Shown here piece by piece: positions 21,565 through 31,826 of a stretch of 64,000 bases of DNA. The position numbers and the translations under genes were made by a program. The notes beneath the pieces were generated by a model, which was not told where the DNA came from, made no database searches, and saw only the letters and a program-made list of their open reading frames with translations. The stretch spans positions 2,208,001-2,272,000 of the forward strand of contig OZ245838.1 of NCBI GenBank assembly GCA_965228735.1. The letters run 5' to 3'. Position 1 is the stretch's first letter. Each line of letters starts with the position of its first letter. This DNA is from Planctomycetota bacterium. Lineage in GTDB: Bacteria > Planctomycetota > UBA1135 > UBA2386.

Positions 21565-22799
21565 TCGTCGCCGGCCGGCTTGCCGCCGATCGGTGCCGGC
21601 ACGCGCACGCGCGTGCCGTTCTCGAGCAGCTGCTGCCCCAGGGTCACGACGTCGCCCTCGACGCCATCGCCGAACACCTGCACGAGCTCATCCGAGCGGA
21701 TGCCGAGGCGCACCGGCACGAAGTGCGCGGTTCGGTCGCTCTCGGCGACGACGAACACGCCGTCCTCGTCGCCGCGTCGCACGAGCGCCGCGACCGGGAC
21801 GATCGTCGCGTCGGCAGCGGATTCGAGGTCGATCTCGACCCGCACGAACATCCCGGGCCGCAGCAACCGCTCGGGGTTGTCGATCTCGACTTCGACCCGG
21901 ACCTGACGCGAGCCCTCGTCGAACACCGGCGCCAGTCGCAAGACCCGACCGACGAACGCCGTGTCCGGGTAGGCGTCGTTCCTTACGGTGGCGGACTGCC
22001 CGACGGCGAGTCGCGCGAAGTCCCGCTCCGTCACACCGAGCAACGCGCGCACGGTCGCGATGTCGACGACCGTGGCGATCGGGTCGTTGGCCGCGACGGT
22101 CGCGCCCTCGTCCACGAAGCGCTCGGCGACGACGCGGGCCTCGCCGTCGCCCGACCAGGTCGCTTCGACATCGGTGTAGCGCAGCCGGACCCGCGCCGCT
22201 TCGAGCACCGCCTCCGCGCTCGCGACCCGCGCCAGGGCGACCTCGACCTGAGCCCGCTTCGCGCGCAGGTCGGCGTCCGCGACGTCGAGCTCCGTACCGG
22301 AAGCGATCTCGCGCTCGCGCAGGTCCTGGATGCGCTCGAAGCTGCTCTGCGCCACGTCGAGATTGCTGCGGGCGAACGTCACCTGCGCGCGTTGCACCTC
22401 GAGCTCGGCCGCCGCCTCGGCCACGGCCTGCTGGAACTCGTCGTCGTCCAGGCGGGCGACGATCTGACCCGGCCGCACCGGGCTGCCGATGTCGACGGCG
22501 AGCGTGTCGACCCGCCCGGGCACCTTCGGCGCGACGATGAACTGCGCGCGGGGCAGCAACGTGCCGCTGAACACGCGGCGATCGACGATCCGTCCGCGCG
22601 TCACGGGCGACATCTCGACCGGCGCAGCGCGCGACCGCCGGGCCCCGGCCGGACCCGGAGCAGCTGCGTCCGCACCCCAGAACAGTAACCAGCCCGCCAC
22701 GCCAGCGCCGATCGCGACGCAGAGGGCAAACAACAGGAACGCGCGGGACCAGGACATGCGGGGCAGGCGGAGGCCGATGGCAACTGGACTATCGGACAT
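21561..22799 (-). CDS. RND periplasmic adaptor (membrane fusion protein)
   Basis: N-terminal TM, lipoyl-like [30 protein letters not shown], helical hairpin, LRPGMFVRV. 4-bp overlap with the permease. Start is 22799 or 22757. Confidence 0.92.
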   Translation of the reverse strand: MSDSPVAIGLRLPRMSWSRAFLLFALCVAIGAGVAGWLLFWGADAAAPGPAGARRSRAAPVEMSPVTRGRIVDRRVFSGTLLPRAQFIVAPKVPGRVDTLAVDIGSPVRPGQIVARLDDDEFQQAVAEAAAELEVQRAQVTFARSNLDVAQSSFERIQDLREREIASGTELDVADADLRAKRAQVEVALARVASAEAVLEAARVRLRYTDVEATWSGDGEARVVAERFVDEGATVAANDPIATVVDIATVRALLGVTERDFARLAVGQSATVRNDAYPDTAFVGRVLRLAPVFDEGSRQVRVEVEIDNPERLLRPGMFVRVEIDLESAADATIVPVAALVRRGDEDGVFVVAESDRTAHFVPVRLGIRSDELVQVFGDGVEGDVVTLGQQLLENGTRVRVPAPIGGKPAGDE

Positions 22800-22887
22800 C
22801 TGCCGCGCCCTTTCTACCGGCTGCGGGGCAGCCGGCACTACGCACGTCTCGACCGTGTATCGCCGCCAGCGCGACGCCGGCGCAGGC

Positions 22888-23787
22888 TCAGTCCGCCAAC
22901 ACGCCGCGAGCTCGCAGCCAACGGCGACACAGCGTCGCCCAGGCCGCAGCCGGCAGTTCACCCCCGAGACCGATACCATGGCGCCCCGCCTCGAAGACGT
23001 GCAATTCGCACGGCACCTGGTGCCGGAGCAGCGCGCGGTAGTAGACGAGACTGTTCTCCGCCGAGACGCCGCGGTCGGCCGAGGTGTGCCAGAGGAAAGT
23101 CGGCGGCGTGGTCTCGTCGACCTGCCGTTCGACCGACATCCGTGCGACGAGCTCCGCCGCTGCGTCCCGGCCGAGCAGATTCTGCTGCGAGCCACGGTGC
23201 GAGAACTCCTGGCCGAACGCGATCACCGGGTAGCACAGCACCGCGAAGTCCGGACGGCACGACTGCCGCTCCACCAGGTCCGCGTTCGTCGGCTCCCCGG
23301 GGTCGTGGTGCACGCTGGCGCTCGCGGCGAGGTGGCCGCCGGCCGAGAACCCGAGCACGCCGATTCGCTTCGGGTCGATGCGCCAGTCCGCCGCCCGCTG
23401 CCGGGCGAGACGGAGTGCCCGCTGCGCATCGCGCAGCGGCCACGGGTGGCCGTAGCCCTTGCCGCGATGCCGGTAGTCGAGCACGAGCGGCTCGATCCCG
23501 GAGCGGTGCAGCCAGGCCGCGATGTCGCGCCCCTCGTGCCCCATCGCGAGGTGACCGTAGCCGCCGCCGGGGCAGACGACGATCGCGGGTCGCAGCGCCT
23601 CGCCATCCGGACGGCCGGCCGGGGGCGGAAAGCGCAGCAACCGCGGGACGTCACGGTCGTCGTCGCCGTTCGCCCCCGGCGCGCGACCCGGCCAGAGCGG
23701 CACGGCCTCGGGTTCCTGGGCAACGGCCAGACTGGGCAACGGCAAGACCCCGAGCAGCGCGAGAACGGCAACGACGAGACGACGCAT
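22888..23787 (-). CDS. Secreted alpha/beta hydrolase (acetyl/feruloyl esterase-like)
   Basis: Signal peptide, VVCPGGGY oxyanion motif, GFSAGGHLA nucleophile elbow, PPTFLWHTSAD, HGIG. Confidence 0.92.
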   Translation of the reverse strand: MRRLVVAVLALLGVLPLPSLAVAQEPEAVPLWPGRAPGANGDDDRDVPRLLRFPPPAGRPDGEALRPAIVVCPGGGYGHLAMGHEGRDIAAWLHRSGIEPLVLDYRHRGKGYGHPWPLRDAQRALRLARQRAADWRIDPKRIGVLGFSAGGHLAASASVHHDPGEPTNADLVERQSCRPDFAVLCYPVIAFGQEFSHRGSQQNLLGRDAAAELVARMSVERQVDETTPPTFLWHTSADRGVSAENSLVYYRALLRHQVPCELHVFEAGRHGIGLGGELPAAAWATLCRRWLRARGVLAD

Positions 23788-23828
23788 GCGACTACGATCG
23801 GCGCGCGCGCCGCCCGCGGCAACCGATC

Positions 23829-24665
23829 TCAGAAGATCAGAGCCTGCGGCGGTGGCCCGAAGCGGATCGTCCCGCCCACGAACACACCGCTCAGATCGAG
23901 GTCGGCGTCGAAGTCGCGGCCGGACGCGCTGCCGAACACGTCGAGCACGAGGTGGCGATACCCGGCGATCAGATCGACGGTGTCGGACACGCGGACGCGG
24001 CCGCCGAGTTCGATGTCCCAGTAGCGACCGTTCGCGTCCCCGAAGTCGGCGGCCATGATGCCGGACTGACCGACGAGGGCAAAGTCGCCGTAGCGCGCCT
24101 CGAACTCGGCGAACGGCATCGGGACGAGTGAGTACGACTCGACCTCGTCGGCGCCGAAGCCGGCGATGGCGCGCGTCCGCACGTCGAGGATCGTGTAGCC
24201 GAGCTGGCCGCCGAGCCCCACGTGCCAGTTCTCGCCGCCGAGCACCTCGTAGGTGTACGAGATCCCGCTCGTGAAGAAGTCGAGATCGGACGCGACCTGC
24301 GTGCCGGCCGCGATGCTCCCGAAGTCACCCGCCAGCGAACCCTCGCCCGCCGTGCTGAACCCGGTCGCGTGGGCGCGGATTCGGTGCGCCTCGTGCTGGA
24401 ACGTCACGCGCCCGAACGGCGCCGGCTCGACGTCACCGAGACCGAGGTTGCTGCCGACCGAGTTCTGCTGGTCGTGCAGCACGAGCCCGCCGCCGGGACT
24501 CTGCAGCGCGAGGTCCCCGTTCACCGCGGCGAACAGCGGCGCGACGTCGATGCGCACCTCGTAGGTCGCACAGCTCTGGAGCACGGCGGCGGCGAGCAGA
24601 ACGGCCGGCAACAGTCGCCGGGCGGCGACGGGAACTGCACCTCGGGAGCGCGGACGATGGGACAT
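23829..24665 (-). CDS. Putative outer-membrane beta-barrel protein with lipoprotein-like signal
   Basis: LLAAAVLQS-C lipobox, alternating aromatic/hydrophobic strands (AGYRHL, DLSGVFVGGTIRF). Confidence 0.65.
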   Translation of the reverse strand: MSHRPRSRGAVPVAARRLLPAVLLAAAVLQSCATYEVRIDVAPLFAAVNGDLALQSPGGGLVLHDQQNSVGSNLGLGDVEPAPFGRVTFQHEAHRIRAHATGFSTAGEGSLAGDFGSIAAGTQVASDLDFFTSGISYTYEVLGGENWHVGLGGQLGYTILDVRTRAIAGFGADEVESYSLVPMPFAEFEARYGDFALVGQSGIMAADFGDANGRYWDIELGGRVRVSDTVDLIAGYRHLVLDVFGSASGRDFDADLDLSGVFVGGTIRFGPPPQALIF

Positions 24666-24761
24666 TGCTCGGATTGCAACCGCGGCTCACCAACGGGGCG
24701 AGCGGATCGCGGCACAACAAGGATAGCCCCACCATCGCCGACACGACGGACTCCCGAGCGC

Positions 24762-27284
24762 TCAATACTCGCCGATCGTGCCCCGCAGACCGTTGCTCGC
24801 GGCCAGCGAGAACGCGTTGACACCGGGCACGAACGCGCCGCCCTGCGCGAACAGATCCATGCCAACGAACGTCGGGCTCATCGGGATCGGCTGCCGGAAC
24901 AGCGGCCGCGGGGCCGGCGTCGGGAAGAACAGCGTCGCCACGCCGCCCGTGTAGATCGTGCAGCCCGGGGCCGCCGGCCCGATGAGCTGGCTCTGCCCGA
25001 CCAGGTCGAGCTGCAGGAACGCGAGCCCGGCCGTGGCCGGCACCCCGTCGAGCGCGAGCACCCAATCGCGGCAGAGGATCGGCCGCGTGAGCGCCGCGAT
25101 CGTGACGCCGTTGCAGCCGCTTCCGAGCGACTCGTTGGTTGCGAATTCCACCGCCGGCTCGGCCGTGAGGTAGAGCAGCGAGAACCGGGAATCCGCGGGC
25201 GCCCCCGTCGGCCCCCAGGTGCGGACGTCGACCATCGTGCCGGTCTGACCGGGCGGTGCCGCGGTCCACGACTCGACCGATGCGTGCGTCGGTGTCGAGC
25301 CGTGCGCCGTGACCTGCACCCCGGCCCCATCGATCGGCGCAACGTTGGGCAGGTGCACCCGATAGTGCCCGGTCGCGAGGCGCATGATCGACTCGGCGTC
25401 GTCGGGCCCGAACGTGCCGTTGCTGTCCGTGTAGGTCGCGTGGGGCGTGTAGCTGCTCGCGGTGGCGTGGTTGGCCCACACGTGGGCGCCCGAGCCCAGT
25501 TCGTCCACCATCGGCGACGCGACCTCGTTGTAGCTGCAGTAGAACCGCCCATCGATCGGGTTGCCCGCGAAGTCGAAGCACCGCACGTTGACGAGCACGT
25601 CCGAGCCGGACGTGTACCACGACTGCACCTTGGCCCGCATCGGGCTGAACGTGAACGGCGTCACCTGCGCGTTGCCGCCCTCGGGACCGGTCGTTCCGAG
25701 ACCGGGGAAGCGCACCTGGTAGACCCCGGTGCCCGATCGTGAGATCACCGGCAGCCCGCGATCGCCGTTCCACGAATGGGCCTCGAGCGGCGTGTGAACG
25801 GGCGCCGTCGGACTCGAGTGCCAGCAGTAGGCCGACTTCTCCCGCCGGTCGCCGTACGCGCAGTAGTAGAACGTGAACGGCGAATCCCCGGTCAGCGCCC
25901 CGCCAGCGGTCCACGTTCGCAGCTGGGCGGTGATGTCACCGCTGTTCGGGCCGCCGGCGGCGACCGCGGCGGTGTGGTTGCTGCCGTGGGCGGTGACGTG
26001 CATCACGCCGAACGAACCGTCGGGCGTCCGCCCAGCACCCGGCACCCGGATCCAGAAGACGCCGGGCGTCGTGCTCTTGGTGATCTCGATCGACTGGCCG
26101 GTGCTCGAGTACTGGTGCGTGCTCGGCGGCGAGAACACCGTGGGCTGCCCCCGCGGATCGACACTGGCCCACGCGATCACCGGTTTGCTGGCCGGCCGAT
26201 TCGTCGTGTAGCGCAGCAGGAAACGCGTATCGACAGGGTTGCCCGCGAACGTGAACGTCTCGACCAGGACCTCCGCGCCGCCACAGCCGTCACCGTTCCA
26301 GCGCTCCAGCGTGGCGTAGTAGTTCGAGAAGCCGTAGGTCGTGACCTGCGCGTTCGAGCTGTTGGCTCCGACGACGCTCGGCAGCGACACGCGGTAGCGC
26401 CCGACGCCGAGACGTTCGATGGTCTCCTCGCCGGCCGGTCCGTCGCGCCCGTTGCTGTAGCGGTACGTCGCGTTGGCGCGGTAGAACGGCTCGGTCGCCT
26501 GGTTCGCGAACAGGTGCGTACCCGAGCCCTCGTACGGATCGATCATGACGTCGGTCTCGTTGTAGCTCAGGATGAAGTAGCCGTCGGCGAGCACGCCATT
26601 GGCGTCATGGGTCCGCACCGTCACGACGAGGTCGGTGCCGATCGCCGACCAGCCGGCGACGTTGGCCCGACTGAGCGACGGGCCCCACGGAGTCACCTGG
26701 GCATGGCCCAGAACGGCCGGGCTATTGGCCAGGCCCGGCAAGAGCACCGCGTACTGCCCCGTCCCGGTCCGCGTGATCGACGGGTCGGCACGGTTGGCGT
26801 TCCACGAGTACGTGAGGTTCGGGACGTAGTTCGCCGTCGTCGGCTGATTGGCCCAGAGGTGAGCCTGCCGCGCGTCGAACCCACCTTCGCACTCGAACGC
26901 GAACGAGAAGTTGGCGTCGTTCGCCGGCGCGCCGGTCGGCGTGTAGAGGAAGATCGTGGCGCGAAGCTCGCCGTTGCTGACCCCCCAGTTGCTGACCACG
27001 GCGATGTGGTTGCCGTCGTGCGCCGTCGCGTGCACGACTCCGCCCGACGGCATTCCCGGCACGCGTACGACGAAGCCGTGGTTGCCGCTCGGATGGCGAT
27101 CGACGACGACCGTCGAACCCGAGGAGGAGTATTGCCACGCCGGCGACGGGACGAACGAGGCGCCCTGATTCGCGGGACTCACCCAGGCCCAGGCCGTGTC
27201 CTGGGCCGTAGCGGCCGCCGTCGTGAACATGGTGACGGCCGCCGTGTACACGGCGGCCAGGAACGTCGTCGGGGATGCTTGCAT
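24762..27284 (-). CDS. Secreted beta-rich repeat protein, paralogue 1 (840 aa; (ABC)2 plus conserved C-terminal domain)
   Basis: True start ATG at 27284 (MQASPTTFLAAVYTAAVTMFTTAAATAQ); the first 555 aa of ORF 24762..28949 are antisense to the amidohydrolase. Full-length homologue of 57423..59948. Confidence 0.88.
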   Translation of the reverse strand: MQASPTTFLAAVYTAAVTMFTTAAATAQDTAWAWVSPANQGASFVPSPAWQYSSSGSTVVVDRHPSGNHGFVVRVPGMPSGGVVHATAHDGNHIAVVSNWGVSNGELRATIFLYTPTGAPANDANFSFAFECEGGFDARQAHLWANQPTTANYVPNLTYSWNANRADPSITRTGTGQYAVLLPGLANSPAVLGHAQVTPWGPSLSRANVAGWSAIGTDLVVTVRTHDANGVLADGYFILSYNETDVMIDPYEGSGTHLFANQATEPFYRANATYRYSNGRDGPAGEETIERLGVGRYRVSLPSVVGANSSNAQVTTYGFSNYYATLERWNGDGCGGAEVLVETFTFAGNPVDTRFLLRYTTNRPASKPVIAWASVDPRGQPTVFSPPSTHQYSSTGQSIEITKSTTPGVFWIRVPGAGRTPDGSFGVMHVTAHGSNHTAAVAAGGPNSGDITAQLRTWTAGGALTGDSPFTFYYCAYGDRREKSAYCWHSSPTAPVHTPLEAHSWNGDRGLPVISRSGTGVYQVRFPGLGTTGPEGGNAQVTPFTFSPMRAKVQSWYTSGSDVLVNVRCFDFAGNPIDGRFYCSYNEVASPMVDELGSGAHVWANHATASSYTPHATYTDSNGTFGPDDAESIMRLATGHYRVHLPNVAPIDGAGVQVTAHGSTPTHASVESWTAAPPGQTGTMVDVRTWGPTGAPADSRFSLLYLTAEPAVEFATNESLGSGCNGVTIAALTRPILCRDWVLALDGVPATAGLAFLQLDLVGQSQLIGPAAPGCTIYTGGVATLFFPTPAPRPLFRQPIPMSPTFVGMDLFAQGGAFVPGVNAFSLAASNGLRGTIGEY

Positions 27285-27392
27285 CGCGTCAGTGCTGCGG
27301 GGACATCCGGGCAGCGACAGTCCGCCCAGGCGCGTTCGCGGATTCCGTTTTTGCCGATTCGCCCGCCCGTTGCGTAGGCTCCTGGCCGTTCC

Positions 27393-28937
27393 ATGCGCTG
27401 CCTCATCACGTTGCTGCTCCTGATCGCCAGCTCCTGCGCGACGATCTGCGATATCCACGTTCGCGGCGGACTCGTGGTCGACGGCACCGGCTCGCCGCCG
27501 CGCCGCGCCGACGTGCTGATCCGCGGCGACCGCATCCTCGCGATCGGCAGCCCGACTGCCGTGCAGGCCGAACGCACGATCGACGCGTCCGGCAAGATCG
27601 TGACCCCGGGCTTCATCGACCCTCACGCCCACGGCGACCCGCGGCGCACACCCGGCCTCCGCAACTTCCTCGCGATGGGTGTGACGACGATCTGTCTCGG
27701 CCAGGACGGCAGCTCCCCCGCCGGCGCGGGCCGCGACTTCCGCGCGTGGCTCGACGTCATCGACCGCGGCACGCCGGGATGTCACATCGTGCCGTTCGTC
27801 GGCCATGGCACACTGCGGACGACGGCGGGGATCGCGCTCGGAACGCCGCCGACCGACGCGCAGCTGGCACGCCTGGAGGAACTCGTTACGGCCGCGATGC
27901 AGGCCGGCGCGTTCGGCGTGTCGATGGGGCTCGAGTACACCCCGGGTCGGTTCGCGACTGCGCCCGAGCTCGCGCGCGTGTTCGACGCCACCGCGAAGCA
28001 CGGCGGCGTCGTGATGGCGCACGTCCGCAACGAGGACGACGATGCGATCGAGACCGCGCTGCGCGAGTTCGTCGCGGCGTGCCCGGAGAACGGCCGCGCG
28101 CACGTGGCCCACCTCAAGGTCGTGCACGGTCGCGGCGAGGGTCGCGCGGACGAGATCCTCGCGCTGCTGGAGGACCTGCGCCGCGATCGCCGGGTCACCG
28201 CCGACGTGTATCCCTACGTCGCGAGCTACACCGGCATCGGCATCGTGTTCCCCGCCTGGGCGAAGCCGCCCCACGACTACGCCGCAGTCGTCGCCAGTCG
28301 CCGCGACGACCTCGCGGCCGCGCTGCGCGCGAAGGTGACGGCTCGCAACGGTCCCGGCGCGCTCCTGTTCGGCAGCGGCGAGTTCGGCGGCCGAACGCTC
28401 GCGGATGTCGCCGCCGACGCGGGCCGCCCGTTCGAGGACGTGCTCATCGACCTCGGCCCGAGTGGACCGGGCGCCGCGCACTTCGTGATGGACCGCGCGC
28501 TCATGGAACGCCTGCTCACGGCCGAGCACGTCGTCGTGTCCTCCGACGGCAGTCCGACGATGCGCCACCCGCGGGGCCACGGCGCGTTCGCGCGCGTCCT
28601 GCGTCGGCTCGTCCGCGACCGCGAGCTGCTCCCGATCGAACGCGCGATCCATAAAATGACGGGCGCGACCGCCGCGATCGTCGGACTGCCGCACCGCGGT
28701 GTGCTCGCGGCGGGCAACGTTGCCGACCTGCTCGTGTTCGACCCGAACGCGGTCGAGGACCGCGCCACGTTCGAGAACCCGTTCCAACACGCATCCGGCA
28801 TCGACACGGTCATCGTCGCCGGGGTGGTCGCGCGCGCGGCGGGCGAGTTCAGCGAACAGAACGCCGGGCGATTGCTGCGGCGCGCTGCCCCGGCGCGCCA
28901 GGCGCTCACAGGCGGCCCCTCGAATCACCGCCCATGA
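27393..28937 (+). CDS. N-acyl-D-amino-acid deacylase family amidohydrolase
   Basis: GGLVVDGTG, VTPGFIDPHAH, GVTT..GQDG, SMGLEYTPG, AHVRNE, ADVYPY, SSDG..HPRGHGAF, ADLLVFDP. N-terminal lipoprotein-like signal. Confidence 0.92.
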   Translation: MRCLITLLLLIASSCATICDIHVRGGLVVDGTGSPPRRADVLIRGDRILAIGSPTAVQAERTIDASGKIVTPGFIDPHAHGDPRRTPGLRNFLAMGVTTICLGQDGSSPAGAGRDFRAWLDVIDRGTPGCHIVPFVGHGTLRTTAGIALGTPPTDAQLARLEELVTAAMQAGAFGVSMGLEYTPGRFATAPELARVFDATAKHGGVVMAHVRNEDDDAIETALREFVAACPENGRAHVAHLKVVHGRGEGRADEILALLEDLRRDRRVTADVYPYVASYTGIGIVFPAWAKPPHDYAAVVASRRDDLAAALRAKVTARNGPGALLFGSGEFGGRTLADVAADAGRPFEDVLIDLGPSGPGAAHFVMDRALMERLLTAEHVVVSSDGSPTMRHPRGHGAFARVLRRLVRDRELLPIERAIHKMTGATAAIVGLPHRGVLAAGNVADLLVFDPNAVEDRATFENPFQHASGIDTVIVAGVVARAAGEFSEQNAGRLLRRAAPARQALTGGPSNHRP

Positions 28938-30582
28938 ACACCCCGGCACTCCGCACCCGATGCGCCATTCGCCCGCGGCGGAGCGGCGCCGTCGTCGGCA
29001 ACACCGCCTCGCGGGCCGCGCGCGTCGCGAGTTCCCAGCGCTTCGCGAGTCGGCGCACGAGGCGTTCGAGCGTTGCCCCGTCCCGCACGTTCGCGAGGCG
29101 GCCGGTCCGGGTTCGCAGCCAACTGAGTTCGTCGTCGTCGCCCTGCTCGATGAGTCGACCAGTCGCGTGGCCTCCGACGGTGAACGCGAACGCGCCGGGG
29201 TAGCCGAGGAACCGTCGGAGGTCGAGCACCGCAGCGCCGCACCACCGCACCAGCCCCTCGATCAGGCGCGCTCGGTGCGCGTCATCGCCGGGCATCGCCG
29301 CGACCTCATCGATCGCCGTCGGCGCAACCAGCTCGACCGCGCCGAGCTCGGAACCCACGAGCCGCGCGCGTTCGAGAACCGCGTTCACGGCGGATAGCGG
29401 CACGATACCGGCGCGACACGACTGGCCGGTCAGTTCGGACTCACGCGCCCACGCAATGCGACTGCCGTCCGATCCGCGGACCTCGGCGAAGCCGTCGTCC
29501 AGCTGCCAGCCGACGCGCAAGCGCGCGGACCCGCGCTCCTTCGACGGCCCTTCCGCCGCGCCCGGTGCGGCTGGCGCGATGACGAGCTGGTGGGCGCGCA
29601 GTTGCTCGACGAGCGCATCGGCAACGGCAACGTGGCCCCGGGCCGTGAAGTGGCCATCGAGGTGGTAGTGGCAGTCAGCGCGCCTCTCCGCGGGCAACCG
29701 GCGCAGCGCGCTCACGACGTCCAGCACGTGCAACCCGTCGTTCGGCCGCGCGAGTTCGGCGAAGCGCTCCTGAAACACCGCCGGCCGCCCTTCCGCGACG
29801 TAGCGCGATGTCGGCAGCGGCACGATCACCACGGGCACCCCGTCAGCAGCCGCATGGAACCGCCGGACCAGTGCGCGCAGCAGCTGCCAGCCCGCGCTGC
29901 GCGGATCCCGGTAGTCGGGGTCCGGCGGCGGCTTGAGGAGCGGAGCGAAGGCGCGCACGACTCGGGCCCGCAGTGCTGCTGCGAGCGATGCCGCGCGCGC
30001 AACGACCGGTGACCGCACCTGCGGGCACGGCGGTTCGATCATCCGATCGCCGCTCTCCGGCACCGGCACGCCGCGAAGCAGCGGCTCCGCCCGTTCGTCC
30101 AGCACGAAGTGCGGTCGCCCCACGCGCCGCAGCCGCCCGGCACGATCGACGATCAGTCGGTCCGCCGACTGGATGCGCTCGATCGTCTGCACTGCGATGC
30201 ACCAGAGAATGAGGCGCGGTCGCGGCGCCCTCCGTTGCTCGAGCTGCAACACGTTCTGATCCGGCCCGTGCCCGGGAACGGCCACGTTCGCAACCGGCTC
30301 ACCGAACCGCCGGGCAACGAGCGCCGTGAAGCGCTCGCCGTTGTCGACGCCGTCGCCGGCCGCGTAGGAGTCGCCGTAGCACTGGATGTGACCGTCGACC
30401 GACAAGGCCGCGAGGTCGAAGTCCTCGCGAAAGCCCTCCACGTTGGTGCGGGCGAAGTAGGCGCCGTGCTCGTGCGGCACGCGCCGCTCGACGCCGGGCT
30501 CGAACGCGTGGCCGAGTGCGGTGTCGTGCCGGATCAACGGGCCGGTGGGACAGAACGGGTGCGGAAACGGGGGCGAGGACAT
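28906..30582 (-). CDS. SGNH/GDSL hydrolase-like protein with a C-terminal degenerate carbamoyltransferase-like N-domain
   Basis: TNVEGFR, YGDSYAAG (Ser block), NVAVPGHGPDQ, DGHFTARGH (DxH). C-terminal ~200 aa resemble the CmcH/NodU N-terminus. Confidence 0.8.
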   Translation of the reverse strand: MSSPPFPHPFCPTGPLIRHDTALGHAFEPGVERRVPHEHGAYFARTNVEGFREDFDLAALSVDGHIQCYGDSYAAGDGVDNGERFTALVARRFGEPVANVAVPGHGPDQNVLQLEQRRAPRPRLILWCIAVQTIERIQSADRLIVDRAGRLRRVGRPHFVLDERAEPLLRGVPVPESGDRMIEPPCPQVRSPVVARAASLAAALRARVVRAFAPLLKPPPDPDYRDPRSAGWQLLRALVRRFHAAADGVPVVIVPLPTSRYVAEGRPAVFQERFAELARPNDGLHVLDVVSALRRLPAERRADCHYHLDGHFTARGHVAVADALVEQLRAHQLVIAPAAPGAAEGPSKERGSARLRVGWQLDDGFAEVRGSDGSRIAWARESELTGQSCRAGIVPLSAVNAVLERARLVGSELGAVELVAPTAIDEVAAMPGDDAHRARLIEGLVRWCGAAVLDLRRFLGYPGAFAFTVGGHATGRLIEQGDDDELSWLRTRTGRLANVRDGATLERLVRRLAKRWELATRAAREAVLPTTAPLRRGRMAHRVRSAGVFMGGDSRGRL

Positions 30583-30688
30583 CGCGCGGCGCCGGCGCAC
30601 GGTTCCGAGCAGCCGACCCGACGGACGCTACCACCCTCCTGGCCTGAACTCGACCACCACGCGATCAGCGCGCGCCCGGTGGGTCCGT

Positions 30689-31699
30689 CTACCAGCCGCG
30701 CCGTCGCAGCTCGGCGGTCACCGCGCGCGCCACGACCGCGTGACCCGGACCGGACCAATGCCCGCACGGCAACCACAGATCGGACCACCGACCCTCATGC
30801 GGCTCGAACGCGGGGCGCAGCGACAGCGCCGCGATGTCGAGGTCGGCGAGCGCGCGACGCACTCTGTCCGCGTTCGCGACGCCTGACCCCGCAGACGGCG
30901 CGACGTCGATGGTGACCGCGAGCAACTGCGCTCCGCTGCTCTGGACGGCGCTCGCGAGACGGCGCGCCACACCTCGGAACAGCGGCAGCGGATCCATGGT
31001 CTCGTGTCCGTCGGGATACGTCTTCGCCGGGCGGCCGCTTTCGCAGAACTGAGCAACCAGTTCGGTCAGGTAGCTGGCACCGCGCAGCCGAACGAGCCAG
31101 TCGTCGCGCGGGCCGTGGTGCACGAGCTCGTCACCGCGCAACGTGAAGTACGGCTTCGACCATCCGGCCTTGCGATCGGCGCGGATGTCATCGAGATCGT
31201 TCGCGAGACAGATCACCCAGAGCACGACATCCGGCCGGTAACGCTGCCCCCAGGTCTCGAATGCGAGCAACTGCTGGCCCGGTCCCCAGGCCGGCACCGC
31301 GATCGTCACGACTTCGGTCGTCGGTCCCTCGAGCAACTCCGTGAAGCGGTCGCCGTAGTCGACGTTCTGCCCGAAGACGAACGAGTCGCCGAGTGCCAAC
31401 AGTCGACGCTCGGAACCCTGACGCCCGTAACGGTGTTCGGCATCACGCCAACCGTGGGAGTTGGTGGTTCCGGGCTGCGCGTCGGACCACCCGCTGCCGA
31501 TCCGTTCGACTCCGGCGCGAGTACGCCACCCGACGACCGCGTCGAACACCATCGCGCGGTCCTGGCCGGTTGCCCAGGCGATCCCGCGGAGCCCGAGTTC
31601 GGCCACGAGCAACGCGCCGAGCAACGCTCCCGCAACCAGCACGCCGCGCCGGCGGCGCCTCGCAGTTCTTGCAGTTCGGTTGTCCGTCGCCTCGGCCAT
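30689..31699 (-). CDS. Membrane-anchored SGNH/GDSL hydrolase-like protein
   Basis: N-terminal TM with AELGLR, TNSHGWRD, LGDSFVFG, AVPAWGPGQQ, LAND, GHWSGPGH. Confidence 0.85.
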   Translation of the reverse strand: MAEATDNRTARTARRRRRGVLVAGALLGALLVAELGLRGIAWATGQDRAMVFDAVVGWRTRAGVERIGSGWSDAQPGTTNSHGWRDAEHRYGRQGSERRLLALGDSFVFGQNVDYGDRFTELLEGPTTEVVTIAVPAWGPGQQLLAFETWGQRYRPDVVLWVICLANDLDDIRADRKAGWSKPYFTLRGDELVHHGPRDDWLVRLRGASYLTELVAQFCESGRPAKTYPDGHETMDPLPLFRGVARRLASAVQSSGAQLLAVTIDVAPSAGSGVANADRVRRALADLDIAALSLRPAFEPHEGRWSDLWLPCGHWSGPGHAVVARAVTAELRRRGW

Positions 31700-31775
31700 C
31701 GGCCCGGATGCTAATGCCGGCAGGGCGCGGCTTCACCTTGGCTGCGGCGCGCCCCGGACGCGCTGCGGCGATTCC

Positions 31776-31826
31776 GCCCAGTAGTGATGAGCCCAGTAGT
31801 GATCAGCGCAGTAGTGATCAGCGCAG
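31776..31826. repeat. 15-bp tandem repeat x3.4, GC(C/G)CAGTAGTGAT(G/C)A
   Basis: Units at 31776, 31791, 31806 and partial at 31821. The third unit contains the stop codon of the 31818..32873 gene. Confidence 0.9.

Noticed and set aside
18517..22799. RND pair lacking an outer-membrane factor as a novelty
   Set aside because: Common arrangement; TolC-like genes are often encoded elsewhere.
28906..28937. 32-bp convergent overlap of the amidohydrolase and SGNH genes
   Set aside because: Short tail-to-tail overlaps are ordinary in high-GC genomes.
27285..28949. N-terminal 555 aa of the 1395-aa ORF, suggesting a large fusion protein
   Set aside because: It is the antisense of the amidohydrolase gene. 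The real protein starts at 27284 with a signal peptide and matches the 841-aa paralogue in length.
31776..31826. Mini CRISPR array
   Set aside because: Contiguous 15-bp units with no spacers, and no cas genes.
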